Shown: positions 52,316 to 60,725 of the stretch, piece by piece
How the letters are laid out: each line of letters starts with the position of its first letter
How positions within the stretch are numbered: the stretch's first letter is position 1
Assembly: GCA_963817385.1 (NCBI GenBank)
Contig: CAWFOM010000009.1
Coordinates: forward strand, 66,773 to 130,772
DNA: 64,000 bases
Reading direction: 5' to 3'
From: an uncultured delta proteobacterium
GTDB lineage: Bacteria; Desulfobacterota; Syntrophia; Syntrophales; UBA5619
The notes under the pieces: model-generated
Seen by the model: the letters and a program-made list of their open reading frames with translations, nothing else
What the model was told of the DNA's origin: nothing
The model's database searches: none
Made by a program: the position numbers and the translations under genes

Positions 52316-52906
52316 ATGAAGAAAGAACGAGAACAGAAATACGAGACCTATAATCACAGGATTCTGTGGGCCACTGCTCAAAAGAATTTAGCCCAGTCTC
52401 GTGCATCAGAGAATGATGCTCTATATTTTGCGCTTTCTGCGTTGTTAATGATGTATTTTTCATTTGAGGGTTACCTTAATTGGTTGGGCCATTTAATAGC
52501 TCCAGAAGTCTGGGAAATCGAGAAGGATTTTTTTAATAAACCCCCATATCGGGGAACACTCGGAAAATATTTATTCTTATCAAAAGTTCTTGTTCTTGAA
52601 TCACCTGATAAATCAAAAGGCCCTTTTCAAACGGTGAAAGAGCTTCAACAGCTCCGAGATAAGGCAGTTCATCCCCGGGTTGAGCGTGGAACTAAGAATG
52701 TAAAATATTCCGAGGGTAAAGTTCCACCGCGGCATCGTTCGTGGCTGTCAACAAAAGTTTCAGACCAAAAAAGAGATATTGCTGAAAAGAACATCCAGCA
52801 ATTGGTCAACGAACTGCATCAAGCTGCAAAGGTTCATTATCCGGATATTGTAGATACCAGTGAACCATTTGTCGGGATATTAGGCTTTGCCATCACTGAC
52901 AACTGA
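52316..52906 (+). CDS. Cassette: putative HEPN-superfamily protein
   Basis: Helical; SFEGYLN and the RxxxxH motif LRDKAVH. Confidence 0.55.
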   Translation: MKKEREQKYETYNHRILWATAQKNLAQSRASENDALYFALSALLMMYFSFEGYLNWLGHLIAPEVWEIEKDFFNKPPYRGTLGKYLFLSKVLVLESPDKSKGPFQTVKELQQLRDKAVHPRVERGTKNVKYSEGKVPPRHRSWLSTKVSDQKRDIAEKNIQQLVNELHQAAKVHYPDIVDTSEPFVGILGFAITDN

Positions 52907-52918
52907 TTGAAGGCCTGC

Positions 52919-52979
52919 GCCGAACATGTCGCTGGTGGGGACGGCAAGGGGCATGCCGCCCCACAGCTTTTCGTTGGGC
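52919..52979 (+). repeat. attC site
   Basis: GCCGAAC...GCTG(G)TGGGG(A)CGGCA/TGCCGCCCCACAGC...GTTGGGC with extrahelical bases. Confidence 0.85.
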
Positions 52980-53013
52980 GGCAAAAAATCGATAATAGTG
53001 ATAAGGTTAGGAT

Positions 53014-53865
53014 ATGAACCCACTCAACACATCGGTATATGATCTTTTCTATCACCTAAATACACTTAATGGCTTGTTGTTCACTCTTGAAGGTCAGCTT
53101 ACCAGTTTTGAAAAACTATACAGAGAGTCTATTGCTGAGGCATCTATTGACATATCTGCTATTTTCTCCGGTTCATCCCTCGCCATAAGAGATTTGACAG
53201 AATGGCCCCAGAACGGTTTTGCAATATATTACCCTTCCGGTGTATTCTCCTCAAAAGGAGAGGAATATTTCAAGATCATTAGGTTTTTACTGGCGCGTGA
53301 GTCTTCATGGACGGTCTCGCAAGCTTATGAGGCTTTCGAAAGATTTTTGAAAGATATTTCGGCGGCGCTTCTTCTGGAGAACAAAGGACTGGCAGAACCA
53401 AAGAAGTTGGAGAAATTTGAATCAGACAAGAGAAGCAACAATTTGACTGAGACAAATATTGCCTTTTGGAGAGGATACATAGACTATAATTACAAAACAA
53501 ACACGGACAAATTGAAATTTCTTCGGGAAATATGCCCTGATATTTCTATGGCTGAAATGAAAAATAATCGTGCCATTAACTTAACTGAGTGGTTCTCTGT
53601 AGTCGAAGAATTAAGACACAGTGCAACGCATTCCAACTTCATAATATATGCCAAAAGGATGACAAATTGGTCTAAACCCAAACGCGAAATACTGCAAAGG
53701 CATTTTTCTGGCATTAAAATCGAAGAAGGTTACCAGTTAGATACCACGATTAAAAACGCAACATTTTGTCTCGAACTATTTTCCGAGTATTCATTTCAAA
53801 TATACAAGTTCCTGTCGATTTCAAAAGGATATGATTGGAATATTTTACAAAAGAAAAAAGAGTAG
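53014..53865 (+). CDS. Cassette: putative HEPN-like protein
   Basis: AYEAFERFL and the RxxxxH motif LRHSATH. Confidence 0.5.
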   Translation: MNPLNTSVYDLFYHLNTLNGLLFTLEGQLTSFEKLYRESIAEASIDISAIFSGSSLAIRDLTEWPQNGFAIYYPSGVFSSKGEEYFKIIRFLLARESSWTVSQAYEAFERFLKDISAALLLENKGLAEPKKLEKFESDKRSNNLTETNIAFWRGYIDYNYKTNTDKLKFLREICPDISMAEMKNNRAINLTEWFSVVEELRHSATHSNFIIYAKRMTNWSKPKREILQRHFSGIKIEEGYQLDTTIKNATFCLELFSEYSFQIYKFLSISKGYDWNILQKKKE

Positions 53866-53917
53866 CACAACAAGGGCAATACAGCCGATCGCTGCGCTCC
53901 AGCTCGCCCGGTTGGGC
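53865..53917 (+). repeat. attC site (short, degenerate)
   Basis: GCACAAC...GGGC/GCCC...GTTGGGC. Confidence 0.6.
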
Positions 53918-53949
53918 TCCAGATGAATTTAATCCAAAGGGAGGTTCAA

Positions 53950-54528
53950 ATGAATAGACGAATCGTTGGTACTCTTTCGGTATTCACTCTCCTTGCTCTG
54001 TCTTTCCCGGTGTTTGCGGCACAGCAAACAGAGGAAGCCGAACGGGGGCCTAAGACAAAGCTGGAAGCATTTCAAGCACAAACTGGAATGGTAGTAATCA
54101 AGGGATACTCTGAGATCGGAAAAGTGGCAGCGTTGGGGTCGGTTGAGGTCAACGCCATGGAATTTACGGATGCAGCAACCGGCAGAAAGCAATCAGGCGT
54201 ATTGATTGAGATCAAAGAAAGTGGACGACTCCAGAATACCGATCGCTCGTTCATCGATTTCGATGAAGTTGATGCCTTGCTAAAGGGGCTTGACTACATT
54301 TCCAAAGCAACATCCGATGTTACGAAGCTGGGCATGTTTGAAGCCACATACAAGACGAAGGGATACTTCAGTGCCACGACTTTTAGCAGCAGCGGCTCCG
54401 GAAAAATTGAAGCGGCGGTGAAGAGCGGGTATATCCGTCCTGCTAACGCTTATCTGTCGCTCCAGCAACTTGCTGAGCTGCGTGCCCTGATTCTAAAAGC
54501 CAAACAGAAGTTGGACGCAGTGAAGTAA
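53950..54528 (+). CDS. Cassette: secreted hypothetical protein
   Basis: GGAGG RBS; signal peptide ending VFA. Confidence 0.7.
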   Translation: MNRRIVGTLSVFTLLALSFPVFAAQQTEEAERGPKTKLEAFQAQTGMVVIKGYSEIGKVAALGSVEVNAMEFTDAATGRKQSGVLIEIKESGRLQNTDRSFIDFDEVDALLKGLDYISKATSDVTKLGMFEATYKTKGYFSATTFSSSGSGKIEAAVKSGYIRPANAYLSLQQLAELRALILKAKQKLDAVK

Positions 54529-54530
54529 AT

Positions 54531-54604
54531 GCCCAACAACCGCATGAACTCGGACTGGCAATTCCGCTACGTTCCATTGCCAGCCGGTTATGCGCGCGTT
54601 AGCA
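54531..54604 (+). repeat. attC site
   Basis: GCCCAAC...CGCATGAAC..CTGGCAAT/ATTGCCAG..GTTATGCG...GTTAGCA. Confidence 0.85.
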
Positions 54605-54623
54605 ATTATGAGGTCTGAGGGTA

Positions 54624-55325
54624 ATGCATGAGCCAAGGATGATCGTCGAGATTAGGAATCCTCAAGATCAAGAGGAATGGATGCCGTGTGATCAGTGCGG
54701 CAACAAGACGGCTCATAAAGTCCTTACCGTTGTTGTATCCAAAACAAACGTGAAGCATGAAGATTCGGATCAGGTTAAATACCAGTTGTGGACATATCAT
54801 CAGACGGTTCAATGCCAAGGCTGCAAAAATATTAGCTTCCGGAAAGAACTTAAGGCGACTTATAACTTTGACTGTGATCCTAAGTCCGATGGGGAAGAAC
54901 ATTGGACAGTCATTAGATTCTTTCCACCTCGACTATCAGATAGAATGCAAATGAAAGACAGCTTTCTTCTGCCTTATTCAATATATCAGATCTATGGAGA
55001 GAGCTATAAGGCTCTCTGTGACGAACTCCCGGTAATTGCTGGTATCGGCATAAGGGCAGTTATTGAAGCAGTATGCAAAGAAAAGTCGGCCCAAGGTAGA
55101 AATCTCGCAGAAAAGATTGAGAATTTAATGCTGATAGGCATGATAACTAAGGAGGAAGAAAATATCCTTCACAGTATTCGGTACTTAGGAAATAAGTCTG
55201 CGCATGAGGTAAAGGTGCACACTGAGGAAGAATTGAAGGCTGCATTTGATGTTTTAGAGCATTTGTTAAGAGGGGTATTTATTTTACAGAAGCGTGCTGA
55301 GATTTTGCTCAAGAACAAGAAATAG
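54624..55325 (+). CDS. Cassette: DUF4145 (HEPN-like) protein with N-terminal zinc ribbon
   Basis: CDQC...CQGC; RAVIEAVC; IRYLGNKSAHE. Confidence 0.8.
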   Translation: MHEPRMIVEIRNPQDQEEWMPCDQCGNKTAHKVLTVVVSKTNVKHEDSDQVKYQLWTYHQTVQCQGCKNISFRKELKATYNFDCDPKSDGEEHWTVIRFFPPRLSDRMQMKDSFLLPYSIYQIYGESYKALCDELPVIAGIGIRAVIEAVCKEKSAQGRNLAEKIENLMLIGMITKEEENILHSIRYLGNKSAHEVKVHTEEELKAAFDVLEHLLRGVFILQKRAEILLKNKK

Positions 55326-55349
55326 AGATGAAACAGCATTGTAAAAGGC

Positions 55350-55574
55350 TGCTAACATTTGGGTCAAGCAGACGGGAATTCCGCTGGCGCTTCATTCCCG
55401 CCGCTTACCCATGCCGATGGCTCGGACGCTGCGCGCCGAGCCATCGGCGCTGCGAATTGCCATCCACTTGCTGTCCCGGCGCTTCGCGCCAGGCCATCAA
55501 GCGGCTGCAGCGGACAGCCGTCCCCGCGAGCAAGCTCGCGTGTACGCCAGCCGCTGATCCGCAGCGCCTTAGGC
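55350..55574 (+). repeat. Two tandem attC-like sites (55350-55422 and 55492-55574) with no ORF between them
   Basis: TGCTAAC..GGGTCAAGC..CGGGAAT/ATTCCCG..GCTTACCC; second site GCGGCTGCAGCGG/CCGCTGATCCGC ending CTTAGGC. Confidence 0.7.
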
Positions 55575-55607
55575 ATAGGAGAGAAAGTGGACATCATATT
55601 CTCTTGC

Positions 55608-56137
55608 ATGAAGGTGAAAATAGTACGAGCAGGCGTAGCGTTCACCTTGGTTGCTGCGATTGGCGCTATATTCTGTGGAATAATCTACGCAAGCGAAGTT
55701 CCACAGCCAGGGAATCGATACAAAATCGTCGGACCCGTTTATTTGAGTGGTATATATCTGAAGCTCAACAATCGACAACTCAACAAACAGTCGGCGGTTG
55801 GATCTCTGACCGCAGTGCAATTTTCGGGTCCCGAGGTTGGATTTCAATGCAAAGTGCCGGTAGGAACGATCGTGACCATCATTGGTCGGGCGCCAAAACG
55901 CTTCCCCCTTTTTTTATTGCCAATCAATATTTTATCCAATTAGATCCCGATCTGTCGCGTGGGCTTGACGTTGAGCTTGAACTTAATCGCGGGATTGAGG
56001 GAAGCCTGGATGGGTTGAATCCAGAATTATTTGAACGATTGTATTTCAGTTATACCTTACTTAATGCTGACGAGCCTTCAAGAGTTTGCCGGACAAACCT
56101 TGGCACCATTGCCGTTCGGCTGTTGATTGATTATTAA
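55608..56137 (+). pseudogene. Cassette: exported hypothetical protein, frameshift near the T-run at about 55910
   Basis: N-terminal hydrophobic segment; reading continues in an adjacent frame. Confidence 0.4.
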
Positions 56138-56179
56138 GCCATTCTGTGCTATTGATTTTGAAAAGAAGGAGGTAACTAT

Positions 56180-56368
56180 ATGTCCACAATAATAATTAAG
56201 GAAGAAGCCCACAAGATCATCGATCGGATGCCTGCAAGTGCTACATGGGATGATTTGATGCATGAAATATACGTGCGTGAGGTCATTGAGCTCGGATTGG
56301 CTGATAGTAAAGCGGGTCACACAAAAGATGTGAAAGTAATCCGTGCAAAGTATGGCTTACCCGAATGA
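56180..56368 (+). CDS. Antitoxin of a ParE/RelE-type TA cassette
   Basis: IKEEAHKIIDRMP..ATWDDLM..IYVREVIELGLADSKAG; overlaps the toxin stub. Confidence 0.75.
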   Translation: MSTIIIKEEAHKIIDRMPASATWDDLMHEIYVREVIELGLADSKAGHTKDVKVIRAKYGLPE

Positions 56369-56439
56369 AGGTTCACTGGACAAATACTGCTGAAGAACAT
56401 CTCGATGAACATACTGCACTCGTCAGAAGAGGCAGATAA
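56365..56439 (+). pseudogene. Truncated ParE/RelE toxin
   Basis: MKVHWTNTAEEHLD then an early stop. Confidence 0.65.
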
Positions 56440-56579
56440 TTGAGCCGATCAAATCAATCCACATAACGCTCGTTCAGCGTATAGGCGATTATTTTTACTC
56501 TCTTTTAACCCGTAATCCTCAGTTCTTATGAATGACCACCACTGCACCTTTGTAGTGACATCGATAATGGAGAACCATC

Positions 56580-56867
56580 ATGAGCCTTACGAAAATTGAC
56601 GTCATTGAAGCCGCATACGCGCACCTCGATATCCCCAAGAAAGACTGCGTCCGTATCGTTGAAAGCCTCTTTGAAATCATTAAGGATGATCTTGGCAAGG
56701 GTAATGGCGTCATGATCTCCGGCTTCGGCAAATGGACGGTCAAAGCAAAAAAGAAACGAAAGGGCAGGAATCCAAAGACTGGAGCAGACCTGATCATTCA
56801 TGCGAGAAGGGTTGTTACGTTCAAACCGTCTGCAGTGCTCAAGGATGCTTTAAATTCGGGAGAGTAA
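56580..56867 (+). CDS. ihfA: Integration host factor alpha-like protein
   Basis: MSLTKID; ISGFGKW; GRNPKTG; RRVVTFKPS. Confidence 0.85.
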   Translation: MSLTKIDVIEAAYAHLDIPKKDCVRIVESLFEIIKDDLGKGNGVMISGFGKWTVKAKKKRKGRNPKTGADLIIHARRVVTFKPSAVLKDALNSGE

Positions 56868-56923
56868 TGGGTCGCCAGTGACCGAGAATCTTGATCCCAA
56901 CCAAGTAGTATACGGAGCATGAT

Positions 56924-57142
56924 ATGTTTCCCAGTACATCAGGATCGTGGCTCATTATATTAGTCGCTTGCGTTATAGGGTTCTTCATAGGGCAGTGGAT
57001 AAGAACTCGAAGGAGTAAAGTCGAGAAAAATAATGAATATGTTAACGGCTTAAAAAAACGGATATTGGCAGAGAAACTTGTTCAGACAAAAAGGGATAAA
57101 AAGAAAAACAGACGGTCCAATAAAAAGAGTGGCGGTTCCTGA
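56924..57142 (+). CDS. Small membrane hypothetical protein
   Basis: GGAG RBS; one TM helix and a basic tail. Confidence 0.5.
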   Translation: MFPSTSGSWLIILVACVIGFFIGQWIRTRRSKVEKNNEYVNGLKKRILAEKLVQTKRDKKKNRRSNKKSGGS

Positions 57143-57253
57143 AAAGGAGTAGAGATCATATGCTGAAGGCGCTTGACAATGACAGAACAGGAATATTCCG
57201 GGGGTAAGGCGGGGCTACGCAGCAGAAACGATCATTATGGAAGGAGGTTCAAG

Positions 57254-58201
57254 ATGAGAAAGATATTGGCGGTCAGCTTTGGGCTCCTTGTTTTATTGCT
57301 CGTTGGGATTTATTTTCTATTTCCGGAAACGTTGTTCAATCTGGCGGTGAAAGCGGATAGACATTCTGCCGGCTTGGTCAAGAAGGAAATCCAGGTTGAC
57401 GATCACAAAATAGCGTATCTGGAAGGGGGAAAAGGGCAAACGATATTACTGATTCATGGCTTTGGCGCCAACAAAGACAACTGGACGCGATTTTCAAAGT
57501 ACCTGACAAGTGACTACCATGTAGTAATTCCCGATCTTCCAGGGTTTGGTGAAAGCTCTCAGATACAAAATGATAGTTATGATGCGGAACAGCAACTCAA
57601 GCGGATCGACCGGTTCACGGAGGTGCTGAAACTCGAAAAATTTCATTTGGCGGGAAATTCGATGGGAGGGATGTTTGCCGCAATGTATGGCGCAAAATAT
57701 CCCCAAAAGGTGTTGACCATAGCGCTGCTGGCGCCTGGCGGCGTCGGATCTCCGAACCCAAGTGAGGTGGCGATACTGATAAAAAATGGCAAGAATCCTT
57801 TACTGATCGGCGGTACCGAAGATTTTGATAAATTGCTCAGCCTCTGCTTTGCAAAACCTCCATTCATGCCTTCCCAGTTTAAAAAAGTGTTGGCTGCCGA
57901 TGCGATCGCGCATGCCGATTTTAATAAAAAAATATGGGGTGATCTGAAGTGGACCCCGACAAAAGAGACGCTCTCTTCCATCGAAAACTTCCTGGTCCCC
58001 TATTTGCCTCAAATTCAGGCGCCTGTTTTAATCATCTGGGGAGATGCCGACAAGATTCTGGATGTGGGAGGCGTTTCGGTTCTGGAGAAGAATCTGAAAA
58101 ATTACAAAACCGTCATAATGAAAGATACGGGACATATCCCCATGTTGGAAAAACCGCAGGAAACGGCATCATACTATGTGAGCTATCTGAAGGGGAAATA
58201 G
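57254..58201 (+). CDS. Alpha/beta hydrolase (lipase/esterase)
   Basis: HGFG; GNSMGG nucleophile elbow; WGDAD; GHIPMLE. Confidence 0.9.
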   Translation: MRKILAVSFGLLVLLLVGIYFLFPETLFNLAVKADRHSAGLVKKEIQVDDHKIAYLEGGKGQTILLIHGFGANKDNWTRFSKYLTSDYHVVIPDLPGFGESSQIQNDSYDAEQQLKRIDRFTEVLKLEKFHLAGNSMGGMFAAMYGAKYPQKVLTIALLAPGGVGSPNPSEVAILIKNGKNPLLIGGTEDFDKLLSLCFAKPPFMPSQFKKVLAADAIAHADFNKKIWGDLKWTPTKETLSSIENFLVPYLPQIQAPVLIIWGDADKILDVGGVSVLEKNLKNYKTVIMKDTGHIPMLEKPQETASYYVSYLKGK

Positions 58202-58366
58202 TAAGATTCCCTTCATTATTCCTTGTGAGGTATTTCCTACCATTCACCCATCATTGATTCCTCATTGATCGGCCATTGCCGATGTTGCATAGTATGTAAA
58301 GTGATGCGTTTATTATTTCCCCGGGGTATCGACAACAGCAATAAATAAAAAGCATGGGAAAACATT

Positions 58367-58960
58367 ATGGAACATGAAACGGATGGTGCGGTGACCAGAA
58401 GGGACTTCCTGACCATTACCACCGCAGCGGTAGGGGCCTGCGGACTCGGGTTCGCGGCGGTCCCTTTCATCAGGGCCATGAGCCCCACCAAGGACATTAT
58501 CGCGGCCGGCCTCATGGAGGTGGATATCTCCGGGATGAAGGAGGGAGAATTCAGGGTGCTCCTGTGGAGGAAGCAGCCGGTCTTCATCCTGAAGAGAACC
58601 CAGGAGATGATCGACAAAACGGATAGGATGGATGTTGCCGGTCTGAGGGACCCCGCCACCCCGGTGGAGAGGGTGAAACAGCCCGATTTACTGGTGTGCA
58701 TCGGGATCTGCACCCATCTGGGATGCATCCCGAGCTGGCAGCCGGAGAAGATTCCCGGGTTCGATCAGCCCGGATTCTACTGTCCCTGTCACGGGGGGAA
58801 GTATGACACCCTGGGGAGGAGGCTTGACGGACCGCCGCCGGAGAATCTTCATCTCGTTCCCTATGCACTCGCGGAGAACAACAAACTGAGGATCGGGACC
58901 GCAAATTTTTCCGGGTATGGCGAGGACATCAGAAAGATACAGGAGCTGCCCACGGCATAA
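58367..58960 (+). CDS. petA: Rieske Fe-S subunit of the cytochrome bc1 complex
   Basis: Tat motif TRRDFL; CTHLGC; CPCHGG. Confidence 0.95.
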   Translation: MEHETDGAVTRRDFLTITTAAVGACGLGFAAVPFIRAMSPTKDIIAAGLMEVDISGMKEGEFRVLLWRKQPVFILKRTQEMIDKTDRMDVAGLRDPATPVERVKQPDLLVCIGICTHLGCIPSWQPEKIPGFDQPGFYCPCHGGKYDTLGRRLDGPPPENLHLVPYALAENNKLRIGTANFSGYGEDIRKIQELPTA

Positions 58961-58975
58961 CGTAAGGAGTAACTC

Positions 58976-60157
58976 ATGCCAGCACTGCGGGAGTGGATCG
59001 ACCGGCGTTTCCCCTTGACGGAGTTTATCGAAAAGCACATCACCCGGTACCCGACGCCAAAAAACCTCACCTACTGGTGGAACTTCGGCTCCCTTGCCGG
59101 CGTCTTTCTGATGGTTCAGATTCTCACCGGCATATGGCTTACCATGTACTACAAGCCGGACACGAATCTTGCCTTTGACAGCGTCCAGCATATCGTGCGG
59201 AACGTCAATTACGGCTGGCTTATCCGCTCTCTCCATGCCATCGGGCCGACCGGTTTTTTCTTTGCCGTTTACGTGCATATGGCGAGGGGTCTTTATTACG
59301 GATCGTACAAAAGCCCCCGGGAGCTCATCTGGTGGATAGGGCTCGCCATCTACCTGAGCCTTATGGCGGAGGCCTTCATGGGGTATCTCCTTCCCTGGGG
59401 GCAGATGTCCTACTGGGGGGCGACGGTCGTCACCGACTTCTTCAGCGCCATACCCTTCATCGGCGCCGATTTCGTCATCTGGCTAAGAGGCGACTTTGCC
59501 ATAGGCGATCCAACCCTCGGACGATTCTTTTCCCTGCATACCACACTCATACCCCTCGGCGTGATCGGCTTGCTCGTGGTGATGCATCTAACCGCCCTGC
59601 ACCGGGTAGGAAGCAGCAATCCTGCGGGGATAGAACTGGACAAGCACGGACCTGCCGTTATCCCCTTTGCACCTCGCTACATCACCAAGGATCTCTGGTT
59701 CATATCACTCTTTTTTACCCTGTACCTGTACGTCGTTTTCTTCCAGCCGGACTTGTTCCTTGAACCGATCAACTCCGAACCGGCCAACGCTCTGGTCACG
59801 CCGGCCGATATCGTCCCGGAGTGGTACTTCCTCCCCTTCTACGCAATCCTCAGGTCCATACCCTAGAAACTCGGCGGGGTGGCGGCAATGGGCGGATCCA
59901 TCCTGATCCTTGCTTTTCTGCCTTACCTGGACCGCTCCCCGGTGAGAAGCGCCCGGTACCGGCCGGTAAAAAAGGTCCTGACCTGGCTGTTCTTCCTCGA
60001 TGTCCTTTTCCTGGGATACGTAGGCCTGCAACCGCCCGGTTCGATGCCGCTCATCGGAAGGGCGGCAACTTCCTACTACTTCCTCTATTTTCTGCTTCTC
60101 CCATTGCTCCCGGCCATTGAGAAAGTGCGGCCGTTACCGCGGGAGGATGAGATATGA
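58976..60157 (+). CDS. petB: Cytochrome b of the bc1 complex with an in-frame TAG at 59864-59866
   Basis: WNFGSL; heme-ligand His residues; PWGQMSYWG; PEWY; frame continues KLGGV after the TAG. Confidence 0.9.
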
Positions 60158-60711
60158 AAAAGCCCTTTTTCATGGCGGTCATGGTCGTTCTCTTTCCGTT
60201 GGCCCTTTGGGCCGCGGGGGCGGAGGCGCCGGCACTAGGCCCGGATACGGGCGACGCGGCGATCAAGAGGGGGGAAGAGGTTTTCCGGGCTTCCTGTCAA
60301 GGCTGCCATAGCCTCAAATATTCAGGTTTTGAAGCAAGAATGCCAGCCAGGAACGCCCAGACCGCCTTCGGCAAGGCGCCCCCCGACTTGAACCTCATGA
60401 CGAAGGCGCGGGGCGGCGGCGGCAAGGGATCCGCATATATTTATGCCCTTCTTGTCGGCTTTAACGATACCCCGGAGAAAAATTCGTTTTTCCCCAATAT
60501 CGCCATGCCTCCCCCATTCTCCAAGGACGATCCGGAGCTTGCCCGGAAGGCGAAGGACGTTTGCGTCTTCCTTGATTATGCGGCCGACCCTTCGGCACGC
60601 GAGCGGAGGGGTTTGGGAATTTACGTGCTTGGGTATATGGCTATCCTAATGGCGCTCCTATTTGCGCTGAACAGGAGGACGTGGAAGGGGATCAGGAAAA
60701 CCCGCTCGTAA
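60154..60711 (+). CDS. petC: Compact cytochrome c1
   Basis: Signal peptide; CQGCH; PPDL; IAMPPP; C-terminal TM anchor. Confidence 0.85.
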   Translation: MKKPFFMAVMVVLFPLALWAAGAEAPALGPDTGDAAIKRGEEVFRASCQGCHSLKYSGFEARMPARNAQTAFGKAPPDLNLMTKARGGGGKGSAYIYALLVGFNDTPEKNSFFPNIAMPPPFSKDDPELARKAKDVCVFLDYAADPSARERRGLGIYVLGYMAILMALLFALNRRTWKGIRKTRS

Positions 60712-60725
60712 AGGTGGATTTCCGC

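Larger units (their letters stand above)
51946..56475 (+). mobile_element. Integron-type gene cassette array with no integrase in view (CALIN), about 7-8 cassettes
   Basis: Co-oriented low-GC ORFs separated by attC-like palindromes with RYYYAAC...GTTRRRY-type ends. Confidence 0.85.

Noticed and set aside
55328..55607. ORFs starting at 55328 and 55359
   Set aside because: Their N-termini are read-throughs of attC palindromes, not credible protein.
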